Positions 46,767 to 55,255 of a stretch of 55,816 bases of DNA are shown here, piece by piece; positions within the stretch are counted from its first letter, which is position 1, and the number at the start of each line of letters is the position of its first letter. The notes under the pieces are model-generated. The model made no database searches. It was not told the origin of the DNA and saw only the letters and a list, made by a program, of their open reading frames with translations. Origin of the DNA: a virus (lineage: Duplodnaviria; Caudoviricetes); the IMG/VR virus record IMGVR_UViG_3300048849_000180, positions 1 to 55,816 of that record; one strand, 5' to 3'. Position numbers and translations under genes: made by a program.

Positions 46767-46787
46767 AATATGTTAAAAACGCATATT
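46767..46787. promoter_or_regulatory. AATATG-N9-CATATT box 7
   Basis: AATATG-ttaaaaacg-CATATT, nested in the inverted repeat GGAATATGCGT...ACGCATATTCC. Confidence 0.7.
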
Positions 46788-46804
46788 CCAGGTTAAAAAA
46801 AGGG

Positions 46805-47455
46805 TTACTCCATATCAGAAGCAGCCTCGTCGAAGTCAAGCGAGTACTGGGAATCCGGTGCAACTTTACCATTGTAGTAAAGCAGCACTTCATTACGAGC
46901 ATGCTTGATGCAATGGTAGAGCTCGTCGCCGAACTCGTAAGCATCTTCGCCGCCGAAAAAGTCAGCATATTGAGACAATGGCAAGGTGGAACTTCCACGA
47001 GTTTTCTTGTGGCCGGTAAGCGTCACTCCTGTTTCACTGTCATTGATTGCAAAGCCGGTCACTTTAAACTTACTCAGCGGGTTATCTTGATCTTCACCTT
47101 GGAAGCTTTCGAACGTTACAGGGCTGATGAAATCACCATAAGCATCATATGCTTCTTTTTGTTGGCAGGCAATAATCAGGTGGCTACGAAGCAAGTCAAA
47201 TGCAAGGTATAGATCAGGGTGCGGAAGAAAAGGCAACTTTTCAGCACCTGGGTTCTCGAACTCGCGAAGCTCTATCTGGCCGTTTGCATTTGGAAAATCG
47301 CGGGTTACCACCTTCCAGTACTTGACGTTTACACCACTTTTACCAACGGCTGCTTCGGTAACCTTAATCTTGGTGCCAGCCTTTAGCTCATGAGCTTCCT
47401 CAGCTGCTTCGATTTTATCGTTCAGCTCTTCTTTTGAAATCGATTTTGTACGCAT
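46805..47455 (-). CDS. Hypothetical phage protein
   Basis: 216 aa; PHPDL motif, acidic tail. Confidence 0.7.
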   Translation of the reverse strand: MRTKSISKEELNDKIEAAEEAHELKAGTKIKVTEAAVGKSGVNVKYWKVVTRDFPNANGQIELREFENPGAEKLPFLPHPDLYLAFDLLRSHLIIACQQKEAYDAYGDFISPVTFESFQGEDQDNPLSKFKVTGFAINDSETGVTLTGHKKTRGSSTLPLSQYADFFGGEDAYEFGDELYHCIKHARNEVLLYYNGKVAPDSQYSLDFDEAASDME

Positions 47456-47467
47456 ATAGTGATTAAA

Positions 47468-47878
47468 TTAAAATGTAGGTTCATCGAGATCGTCGAAGAT
47501 TGATTTTCCATGTGCAGCCATCGACTGACTGATCATTTCATTATCTCTTTTCTGGTTCTCGTAATCTTCCTGGGTGTATAATGGCTCCAGACATTTCTTA
47601 ACCATCGCCTTTTCCATCTTTTCACTTGGAAACTTCTTAACCACCTGTGAGTTGATGAACTTGCCGATACTATCAACTGCACTTACAGCAGAAAGCGTGT
47701 CCAGGTCAACTTCAGAATACATGTAGCCAGAGCTATTCTTGAACTGAACGTACATCTGATTTGTGATCATGCAGGTGGCGACAAAGGCTACATTGCTAGA
47801 TGGTTTCTCGATGATGTCGAAGCCTTGCAGCGCATCATCTACGGCATAGGTGCCGGATTGTAGTATTACTTTATGCAT
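47468..47878 (-). CDS. KTSC domain protein
   Basis: SSNVA...MYVQFKNSSGYMYSEV...SIGKFINSQV. Confidence 0.8.
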   Translation of the reverse strand: MHKVILQSGTYAVDDALQGFDIIEKPSSNVAFVATCMITNQMYVQFKNSSGYMYSEVDLDTLSAVSAVDSIGKFINSQVVKKFPSEKMEKAMVKKCLEPLYTQEDYENQKRDNEMISQSMAAHGKSIFDDLDEPTF

Positions 47879-47880
47879 GG

Positions 47881-48312
47881 TTAAATTGTTACTCCAAAGC
47901 GGTTCAACTTTCTGATCAGCTTGGCACGTTCCTCCATTTTGATACTCAGGAGCACAGCAAGAATGTTAAGGCTCATATTTTCCGAAAGCTTCGATTTCAA
48001 TGTTGTTGCTGGCTGCTTTTCCTCTTTTAGCTGTGATAATCCGCTTAAATGTTTAGTGTACATTTCGAATGGGTTGAACATTTCCACCCTAAATCCAAGC
48101 TGACCGCTTTTCATTAACGAGCCGTCTTCGTCAAAATTCACCTTGCTTTTAGGTTCCTTTACCGACGTGTCTTTTACATTGAGGCTTAGGTTTACCTCAG
48201 TATCACCATTGGCAACAAGCATCGCTACTTTCTCTATTTCCAAGATTTCGGCATCTAGAGCCTTGAATTCATTGTAGACCTTCTGAGAGATTTCTAATTG
48301 TTTAAGAATCAT
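47881..48312 (-). CDS. Hypothetical protein
   Basis: 143 aa, operonic. Confidence 0.65.
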   Translation of the reverse strand: MILKQLEISQKVYNEFKALDAEILEIEKVAMLVANGDTEVNLSLNVKDTSVKEPKSKVNFDEDGSLMKSGQLGFRVEMFNPFEMYTKHLSGLSQLKEEKQPATTLKSKLSENMSLNILAVLLSIKMEERAKLIRKLNRFGVTI

Positions 48313-48314
48313 GA

Positions 48315-48497
48315 TTAAAATAATGAAGTTTGGTTTTTAATTCTGTCCGGTCCGAGGATTGTTTCAGTGGCCTCGTCCACATCTTTTTCGAGTTTCTTAG
48401 ATATGTTTAGGGCTAAGATGGCCCGGGTTCGGAAATACTCCTGTTGTGCTTTCCGCATCTGCTCTACTAAAGCAGCGTATTCATTAATGGCTTCCAT
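48315..48497 (-). CDS. Small hypothetical protein ending QTSLF
   Basis: MRKAQQEYFRTR...SKKLEKDVD. Confidence 0.7.
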   Translation of the reverse strand: MEAINEYAALVEQMRKAQQEYFRTRAILALNISKKLEKDVDEATETILGPDRIKNQTSLF

Positions 48498-49180
48498 TAT
48501 GCTGATATTTTAAGTCCGTCAAAAAGCATCCAGTACTTGAATGCGAGCTCTTCGTATTGAGCCTTCCCATGCTCGTAAAGCTTATCTCCACGGTTGATAG
48601 CGATTTTGAAAACCTTCTGGTTCACTTTGCTGATGCCGATGAGCATATCTTTGTCAGTTCCTTCAATGTCCATATACCAAGACCTTGAGCGGAAGTACCC
48701 GAAGTGCTCGCAAGCAGCTTCGAACTGGCTCTGTGTCTCTGCTGCAGTTGACTTAATATCGCCACCCATCTTCCATTTGCGGATGAGTAAATCCCACTTA
48801 CAACGGGTGCCGGCGCTAAGCACAAACCCAAAGCCGTTGTAATCCATCACCCAGTTGTACCTGGTGGATATCGCTTGGAAGTCTGAGTTGTCATTGAACA
48901 TCTTGCCGATTGGATCCTTCAGGTAAGCGCGCTTCATGGCCCGGGCTAAATCAAAATCAGCTTGCGTGTATGGATAAGTCTGGTACTTCACTGTAAGCTT
49001 GAATAAATCGACCTTGTCAGGTTCGGTGATCAGATTGTCCAGAAGCGTACCGAACGCATAAGCTTTTTCCTTATCGCCGAACTCAGGTCTTGGATAAAGC
49101 ATGTTCTGCAAAGCAGAAAGGTCTGAGTTAGAAACTTCGGGACGTCCGAAATATGGATCTTGTATTTTATTTAGTTCCAT
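48497..49180 (-). CDS. PD-(D/E)XK exonuclease (RecE/DUF3799-like)
   Basis: VSNSDLS, FGTLLD, RCKWD, DIKST, Y..SRSWY. Confidence 0.8.
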   Translation of the reverse strand: MELNKIQDPYFGRPEVSNSDLSALQNMLYPRPEFGDKEKAYAFGTLLDNLITEPDKVDLFKLTVKYQTYPYTQADFDLARAMKRAYLKDPIGKMFNDNSDFQAISTRYNWVMDYNGFGFVLSAGTRCKWDLLIRKWKMGGDIKSTAAETQSQFEAACEHFGYFRSRSWYMDIEGTDKDMLIGISKVNQKVFKIAINRGDKLYEHGKAQYEELAFKYWMLFDGLKISA

Positions 49181-49658
49181 GTGACTTTAAATAAGCTTGT
49201 CTACAATATTTCTTGGATTCCTTATCGCACCAGTCATTCACGTATGATCTGGAATCTTTTTTGCCGGAATGTGCCTTTACGTGCCTAAACTCAAATACAT
49301 GCTTTACTTCTCTGATTGATTTACCATATTTCAAGCAGACCTCAAGCATGTTGAAATAAGTCTCATCAACGACATTCGATATTGTTGATCCATGCTTTGG
49401 GCGTGATCTGCCGCTTAGATAATCAATAGAAATCTGGCTATCAGTGTTGATGATTACCTTCTCGATCTCTTTAAACTTGCTGTGTTTTAAAGTGTGTATA
49501 GTATTGGCTATACACATCATTTCAGCATCATTGATTCCAGCTACCTTGAGTTTTATCTCACCTGCTTTCTGGATTTTGCCAGCATTGCAAACGATCCAAA
49601 AAGCATATCCGGCAGAACCAGACCGGAAAGAAGCATCAGTATTTATTGTTACAAGCAC
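49167..49658 (-). CDS. Ribonuclease H-like protein
   Basis: INTDASF, DAEM, INTDSQ, HVKAHSG, NDWCD: all four RNase HI acidic residues; likely GTG start at 49658. Confidence 0.88.
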   Translation of the reverse strand: MLVTINTDASFRSGSAGYAFWIVCNAGKIQKAGEIKLKVAGINDAEMMCIANTIHTLKHSKFKEIEKVIINTDSQISIDYLSGRSRPKHGSTISNVVDETYFNMLEVCLKYGKSIREVKHVFEFRHVKAHSGKKDSRSYVNDWCDKESKKYCRQAYLKSHGTK

Positions 49659-49662
49659 GTTC

Positions 49663-50889
49663 TTACCCTTTAGTAGCAACTGCCTTGAAATCTTCCTCGT
49701 AGAAAAGATGATCACTGTCAATCTTCTCCCCTGTTTTGTGCGCATGCTTCTCGCAGAAAGCTTTCATCTGGTTCATGGTCTTTTTACCGAAAGTCTCCAC
49801 GTCAAGCTTCTGTCCTTCTTTTTCGAAATAGAACAAGAAGAGTGCTCCCCACCCTGCAGCATTGTGCACAGTGATCTTGTATCCCTCACGAACGCGGGCA
49901 GGAGAATCGTTTTTGATCTCTGCCATTGCAGCTGCTGAATTGAATAAGGTGCCGGCGGTAGCCATTTCAGATTCAGACTTGATCTTTTGCCTATCGCGTT
50001 CTTCCTGATCGAGCTTGTCTTGCTTTAATTTGGCTTCCGCTTCTTCCTTACGCTTCTGAGCAGCCTCTTCGAGTTTGCGCTTTTCTTCAGCACCAGCTTT
50101 GGCGATCTCATTGAGCTCATTGATCCTTGATGGAATTAAGTCCAGGTAAGTAAGCTTTTCAGCCTCCAGGTTCTCGCGGAAGTTTGCAGACAATTCATCA
50201 TACAGCTTCTCCCGCTCATCATAAACCAGCTTCTCAACTTCGGCTTTATCCAGGTACTCCGGGAACACCGCAGGTTGAATTTCCCGGAACTTGTCAAGCG
50301 GATATACCACTCCTCGCTGATTGATGTAAGCTTTTACCTCTTCGACGTTTTCAAGCGTAAGCGAGTTGTATTTATTGATGATCGCCTTTTTAAAAGCCAT
50401 AAGCTTTTCGCCATACACGGAGCGGATGCTGGTCTGGATGTCTGCAACGATCGAGATTCTTTCTTTCTCAATGTTCTGCTGTTTAAGGATCGCAGCCTCT
50501 TTTGCTTTTTGCTCCTCTGCTTTCTTCCGGGCCCACTCGTTTCGCTTTAATTGAACTTTGGAGTAGATGCTGTCGGCTTTCGCTGGATCTAGCTTTCCTT
50601 CCTGCTCGGTGAAGTACTTCGCCATTTTAGTCATAATCTGCGTGATCGGTGATCTGCGCGTATTCATGAGCTTAGCGGCATCTTTAGCCTTCACCTGCCA
50701 TGTATTCAGTGCAGCGTCAAGCTCATCGCTCATTCCTTCTGCTTCAATGGTATCAAGAAGCTGTTGAGCGCCGTTTACTGCTTTTAATGCAAGGTTCTCG
50801 TTTTTAGTAAGCACTTCTGGTGCCCCGGTCATTGTTGATGCGACTTCGTTTACATCAATTCTTTGTATTTCTGTGGTCGTAGTTGACAT
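49663..50889 (-). CDS. Coiled-coil protein of the recombination module
   Basis: 408 aa, helical, between the RecT-like and exonuclease genes. Confidence 0.7.
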   Translation of the reverse strand: MSTTTTEIQRIDVNEVASTMTGAPEVLTKNENLALKAVNGAQQLLDTIEAEGMSDELDAALNTWQVKAKDAAKLMNTRRSPITQIMTKMAKYFTEQEGKLDPAKADSIYSKVQLKRNEWARKKAEEQKAKEAAILKQQNIEKERISIVADIQTSIRSVYGEKLMAFKKAIINKYNSLTLENVEEVKAYINQRGVVYPLDKFREIQPAVFPEYLDKAEVEKLVYDEREKLYDELSANFRENLEAEKLTYLDLIPSRINELNEIAKAGAEEKRKLEEAAQKRKEEAEAKLKQDKLDQEERDRQKIKSESEMATAGTLFNSAAAMAEIKNDSPARVREGYKITVHNAAGWGALFLFYFEKEGQKLDVETFGKKTMNQMKAFCEKHAHKTGEKIDSDHLFYEEDFKAVATKG

Positions 50890-50913
50890 TTGATTTAAGG
50901 ATTAGAAAGGTAA

Positions 50914-50959
50914 AGGCGGCCGTTGCATGACAAAATGGGTTTAACTATGGCGGCCGCCT
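50914..50959 (-). terminator. GC-rich intergenic hairpin
   Basis: AGGCGGCCG...CGGCCGCCT. Confidence 0.5.
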
Positions 50960-50978
50960 GGTTTATGAAACGGGTTAA

Positions 50979-51950
50979 TTAAAATTTTGGTTCGTCATCA
51001 TCATCGTCACCGGCTGCCACAAACTGCTTTGTTTCCACGTGCTCTGGTTTAGATTCTTCTTCAAGGGCCTGTGTGAATTCATCTGGCTGCTGATCGGGTA
51101 GCTGCTCGTAAGTAGCCTCCTCCGTGAACTCCGTTACATCAAAGCCTTGACGAATAGCATCGCTGCCGGCCGGAACAAATGTTTCGGGAAGCTTTGGAGC
51201 ATTTACGACTTTAGGATATGACTTGAAGGCATGCTTCAGGGTTTTACCTTCAAAGAACATCTTATCAATCTGGCCGTTGTTGGACGTATAAAGTGCGTTT
51301 GCACCTTTATCCTTGTTCTTTTTGGCGGATGATGATTTCCATTTTTCCACATCCGACATATCGAACGTTTTGATTTCAAAGGATCCGTCTGGCTTTTCTA
51401 TCCGGATAAACGACCCGATGATCACTGGCTTTTCGCCACGATCACCTTTTGCCCACTTCACACGCAGGTTGCCGTTTTCGTCCAGGTACTCTTCATATAT
51501 GTCTCCTTTACAGACAATGATCGGTTTTGCAACGTCTTTGACTTGTCCGTTCTGAATGCGGATCTTCTTTTCTCCCCATGGTGTAGGCTGTGCAACGACT
51601 TCTTTAATCCACTGCGGTGCCTGGTTCTTTGGCGCTATGTTTCGGTTACCTGGTATAAGGTAAACTTCACTTTGGTTTCCCGGCTCAAAGCTCAACTGCC
51701 AGCCGCCAACCTGCATGAAAGCAAGGAATATCGACATCGGCGTACAAGCCTGCAGATCTTCGCTATCGCTTATCCGCTTAAGAAAATTGTCCTTTTCGCG
51801 CTCATAGAAGGCTGTAGCCTGTACTTTAGGAACCCGGTACATTGCCATGAACTTATTTACAAAGTGTTCGCCTATGGCTTTATCTGTAGCTACTGCGGCA
51901 GGCGAGAGACTTTTTACATACTTTGCTGTTACTTCGATTTGATTTGACAT
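50979..51950 (-). CDS. RecT-like single-strand annealing protein
   Basis: LQACTPMSI...LSF...VYLIP...MFFEGKTLKHAFK; acidic tail; likely start MSNQIE. Confidence 0.78.
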   Translation of the reverse strand: MSNQIEVTAKYVKSLSPAAVATDKAIGEHFVNKFMAMYRVPKVQATAFYEREKDNFLKRISDSEDLQACTPMSIFLAFMQVGGWQLSFEPGNQSEVYLIPGNRNIAPKNQAPQWIKEVVAQPTPWGEKKIRIQNGQVKDVAKPIIVCKGDIYEEYLDENGNLRVKWAKGDRGEKPVIIGSFIRIEKPDGSFEIKTFDMSDVEKWKSSSAKKNKDKGANALYTSNNGQIDKMFFEGKTLKHAFKSYPKVVNAPKLPETFVPAGSDAIRQGFDVTEFTEEATYEQLPDQQPDEFTQALEEESKPEHVETKQFVAAGDDDDDEPKF

Positions 51951-52049
51951 AATATTTTGTTGTGAATGGTTAATTATTGACGAAAAATGCGCTAAGTATG
52001 GCGGCAGCCATAAGTACGGCGTAAAGGATGCGCTCAAACCTTACCCATG

Positions 52050-52286
52050 CTACCCTATCCATCTTGCAGCTATTATTAAAACCAGAACTGCAGCAACAAT
52101 AAATAGCAGCCATATTGAAAGATCTCTAATGGCTATTCTGAGAGCCGCATTGAATGCACGTTGCTGTTCAGTCTCAAACTGATGTGCATCGCTTCTAAGT
52201 TTGTTCTCCCAAAGTTTGCGGTAGTTGGATGCCACCCTATCCTTCTCTGTGAAGTCATGAACGGCGTTGTAGACTTGATTTCTCAT
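52050..52286 (-). CDS. Hypothetical protein with a C-terminal TM
   Basis: Likely start MRNQVY. Confidence 0.55.
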   Translation of the reverse strand: MRNQVYNAVHDFTEKDRVASNYRKLWENKLRSDAHQFETEQQRAFNAALRIAIRDLSIWLLFIVAAVLVLIIAARWIG

Positions 52287-52288
52287 GG

Positions 52289-52459
52289 CTAACTGAATTT
52301 GCGTGTAAAATCTTCCAGGCATTCCGTGTTGCAGAATTGGAACCTGTAATAACGGCGACGCTCGGTAGAATCCTTGTCTATTTTAGCGTTACATGAAAAG
52401 CAGTGAACAGCCTGTTCGACCACTTTTGTGGATTCGGGTTTTTCGAATACTTTTGCCAT
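52289..52459 (-). CDS. 56 aa TRASH/YHS-like zinc-binding peptide (not in the ORF track)
   Basis: MAKVFEKP...HCFSCNAKI...FQFCNTECLEDF. Confidence 0.65.
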   Translation of the reverse strand: MAKVFEKPESTKVVEQAVHCFSCNAKIDKDSTERRRYYRFQFCNTECLEDFTRKFS

Positions 52460-52531
52460 ACGTTTGGTTTTTGGTTACTTGATGTGGCTGGAAACTTAAG
52501 GAGGGTGTCTATTACGAGTAGATGCCCTTTT

Positions 52532-52714
52532 TTATGCGTTGAGCATTTCCTTCATCTTGGCTACGAATTCGTGTTCTGTGATACCGAGAGCTGTTAATTC
52601 CTTTTCGTTCTTTAGGTAGCACTTGTGAATGTCTTTGTTGTAGCGTCTTTCAAGCATCTGCTCAATTTGGGGCTTAGCCTTAATCTTCCCCTTGTTTAAA
52701 TAGGCTATTTGCAT
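52532..52714 (-). CDS. Hypothetical protein
   Basis: 60 aa, operonic. Confidence 0.55.
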   Translation of the reverse strand: MQIAYLNKGKIKAKPQIEQMLERRYNKDIHKCYLKNEKELTALGITEHEFVAKMKEMLNA

Positions 52715-52715
52715 C

Positions 52716-52925
52716 TTAACTGGCTTTTAAAGCATATTTGCTTTCGGTGTCCCTTAATTCTTTTTGGAAGTCCTGGAAAGGCTCGATATTGACAGGCTTC
52801 ACGATAGGTTTATATACTTGTGAGTCGTAGCCAACAAACTCCATGAAGCCACTCAATAATACCCGTAATGTCATTACTTCATATTGTAGTGCTTTTAACT
52901 TCTTCTTTTTAGATTGCTTTCCCAT
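52716..52925 (-). CDS. Hypothetical protein
   Basis: 69 aa, operonic. Confidence 0.55.
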   Translation of the reverse strand: MGKQSKKKKLKALQYEVMTLRVLLSGFMEFVGYDSQVYKPIVKPVNIEPFQDFQKELRDTESKYALKAS

Positions 52926-52948
52926 TTCGATTAGTTATTTATATTCGG

Positions 52949-53725
52949 TTACATAGATAATTCTCCAGGTCTCATCCCGCTTTCAAGCATTGCTTTGAAG
53001 AGTGGTGCCGCGTACTTTTTTCCGATCTCGACAAACTTCTCGAAGCTCTGGCCTTGTTTTACTGCATTGTCAATAAATGACATCGTGCAAGCTAATTCTG
53101 GTCTTATATGACGAAGCACTTCTTTTGAGCTGGAGCACTCCGCGGATTTCAACCCCATGTCGCGTCCTAAGGCTTTGATCTCTTTCGGTTTTTTGCCTGT
53201 CATCGCAACGCAACTCTTAGTATTGTACTCGACTATCTCCGGAACACCCCCGTTCTTATAGTTGACCCTATTCACATCCCTGCTGTTGTTTTTTTGAACT
53301 GGAATACTGCTGTGCTCACCGATGCTCGTTACGGTGTTTTGCATCACGAACTTTCCGGTTTGCCGTAAGGCAGGAAGAACTTCTGTAGCTATCCAGTGTT
53401 TAAGTTGATCCGCTTCTGCTTTCTTGCTGTTGAGAGCAAGCTTGTAAAGTCCGGATTCACTAACAAGTTGAACACTTGATGACCTACGACCGACTAAGTT
53501 CAACTTACTCAGTTCTACAAAGAACTGAACGTTAGTGCTTTTCTTTATTAATAAAAGCTCAGCCTCTACCAGTTTCGCATCCTTGATTGCTTGGGTTGAG
53601 TTCTTGTGACCCCAAAGATCACATACCTCTTTAGCAATAAACATAACCTTTCCAGTCTTTTCGCTTTTAAGCGAAGTAAGGTGGCCGAACTGCCCGTTTT
53701 CAAAATTTTTAATTGTTAGCATCAT
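52949..53725 (-). CDS. BRO-N domain protein (antirepressor-like)
   Basis: MFIAKEVCDLWG...VSESGLYKLALNSKK.EA...KHWIATEVLPALRQTG. Confidence 0.88.
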   Translation of the reverse strand: MMLTIKNFENGQFGHLTSLKSEKTGKVMFIAKEVCDLWGHKNSTQAIKDAKLVEAELLLIKKSTNVQFFVELSKLNLVGRRSSSVQLVSESGLYKLALNSKKAEADQLKHWIATEVLPALRQTGKFVMQNTVTSIGEHSSIPVQKNNSRDVNRVNYKNGGVPEIVEYNTKSCVAMTGKKPKEIKALGRDMGLKSAECSSSKEVLRHIRPELACTMSFIDNAVKQGQSFEKFVEIGKKYAAPLFKAMLESGMRPGELSM

Positions 53726-53758
53726 TGTTAATTATTTAAGGTGAATTAACCCGGTTGT

Positions 53759-53899
53759 CTAATTCTGAAGATGCAGTCTCAATGACTTAGCGCAAAGAGT
53801 TTGGACGATGATCTGAGATTCCTTTTTAATCTGATTATCGTATTCGTTTCTAAAATTATTAGCTGCTTCTTTCTTCGATTGTTTGGTTACTTTTTTCAT
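53759..53899 (-). CDS. 46 aa hypothetical peptide (not in the ORF track)
   Basis: MKKVTKQSKKEAANNF...RLHLQN; fills the gap. Confidence 0.45.
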   Translation of the reverse strand: MKKVTKQSKKEAANNFRNEYDNQIKKESQIIVQTLCAKSLRLHLQN

Positions 53900-53932
53900 T
53901 TTTCGGTGGTTTTATAGGGTGGTTTTGAATGG

Positions 53933-54142
53933 TTATTTCTCTCTAATGACTGTAATTGCGTTATTCACCTTCTTAGTTGAAGTCTTATACACTCTTTCTG
54001 GATGGTCAATCTTAACGTCGCTTACGATCGGTCTGACTGAGTTCCGGTGTTTGATTGGAAATGATAACTCCCCTACTTCCATAGCTAGAATCATTTTTTT
54101 AATCCCTACCCCAGGCGTGGGTGTTGCTAATTCTGTCTGCAT
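53933..54142 (-). CDS. Small DNA-binding protein (early regulator)
   Basis: AMEVGELSFP...SVR...ITVIR winged-helix-like pattern. Confidence 0.6.
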   Translation of the reverse strand: MQTELATPTPGVGIKKMILAMEVGELSFPIKHRNSVRPIVSDVKIDHPERVYKTSTKKVNNAITVIREK

Positions 54143-54148
54143 ATTGCT

Positions 54149-54406
54149 TTAGTTTTTATTAAGTATATGGGTAATCCAATATGCTGTCATTTCAGCTTTG
54201 GATTTTAGCCCCGTTTTCTTTCGGATGTTTACCGAGTGGTTTACAACTGTCCTTACACTGATATGCAGTTTGTCTGCTATGATCTTATCGGGATAAGTTA
54301 TATGACTCAGTATCTCTCACTCCCTTAATGTTATTTGAGGACCCGGCAACGCTTCGGGTTTCTCTGGTATTCCAATCACTAGTGGTTCGTAGCTTTTAGT
54401 TTTCAT
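54149..54406 (-). pseudogene. LuxR-type HTH regulator with an in-frame TGA
   Basis: ITLRE*EILSHI...DKIIADKLHISVRTVVNHSVNIRKKTGLKSKAEM; TGA at 54317-54319. Confidence 0.8.
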
Positions 54407-54439
54407 CGTTTTGGTAATTAGTTACTATATGTACAGGGT

Positions 54440-54520
54440 TTGTTTTTTAGTACCTTTGTGTTATTGTGTACAACAAATATAAATAGATATAGTTTCTAAT
54501 ACAATAGAAATATTAGATTT
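54440..54520. promoter_or_regulatory. Lysis/lysogeny switch with face-to-face promoters
   Basis: + strand TACCTTTG (54451-54458) and - strand TATATTTG (54474-54481) -7 elements; TAGA/TCTA half-sites nearby. Confidence 0.55.
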
Positions 54521-54575
54521 ATTTTCATACACATCGTAACTACCTGTAAGCCAACTAAATTAATTCAATATACCA

Positions 54576-55235
54576 ATGAACTTAAAGGACCGTCTTAAAA
54601 CGTTTATCTCTCACTTGAATATCGATACTAAGGCTTTTGAGAAAAACGCTAACTTATCCAATGGCTTCGTGAACAACATCGGTGACGGAATCCGGAAGAG
54701 ATCATTAGATAATATTTCTATTGCATATCCTTCATTAAACACTAGTTGGCTTCTTACAGGTGAAGGGAATATGTTAAAAGATAAAAATGGATCTACAACC
54801 GTACCTATAACACAGAATTTTGTCGAGGGATCTATACCGCTTTATGACATAGAAATAAACGCTGGGACTGTAACCAGAATCATTGATGATAATAACACAG
54901 TTCCGCTTGCGGGCTGGTTATATCTGAAAGATAACCCTAACACTACTGGACTGATTGGAGTCAGAGCTAAGGGTGATAGTATGTCGACTTTTATAGACGG
55001 CGGAGATATAATGCTTATCAGACGACTACGAAACTTTGACTTCATCCCACCGGGACACGCCTATGTAGTGATCTCTGATGAATTGTCTATTGTTAAGTAT
55101 TTGAGAAATGGAAAGGATGAGAATCATTGGACCTTAAGAAGTCATAATAAAAATTATGAAGACTTCACAGTTAAAAGGTCTTCCATCAAGCATTTATTTA
55201 TTGTGGTAAAAGTATTAAAGGAATTAAGTTATTAA
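54576..55235 (+). CDS. cI: CI-like repressor (HTH + S24 peptidase)
   Basis: N-terminal HTH, WLLTGEG, AG cleavage site, GDSM (Ser), VKYL (Lys). Confidence 0.92.
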   Translation: MNLKDRLKTFISHLNIDTKAFEKNANLSNGFVNNIGDGIRKRSLDNISIAYPSLNTSWLLTGEGNMLKDKNGSTTVPITQNFVEGSIPLYDIEINAGTVTRIIDDNNTVPLAGWLYLKDNPNTTGLIGVRAKGDSMSTFIDGGDIMLIRRLRNFDFIPPGHAYVVISDELSIVKYLRNGKDENHWTLRSHNKNYEDFTVKRSSIKHLFIVVKVLKELSY

Positions 55236-55255
55236 CCCATAATAAAATTAAAAAC

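Noticed and set aside
6100-52597. Numerous + strand ORFs overlapping minus-strand genes (e.g. 7243-7659, 24445-24930, 44520-45128, 49444-49938)
   Set aside because: Antisense shadows of well-supported genes, with no motifs of their own.
52627-52636. Fourth GAATGTCTTT motif
   Set aside because: Lies inside a CDS with no adjacent hairpin or complementary segment.
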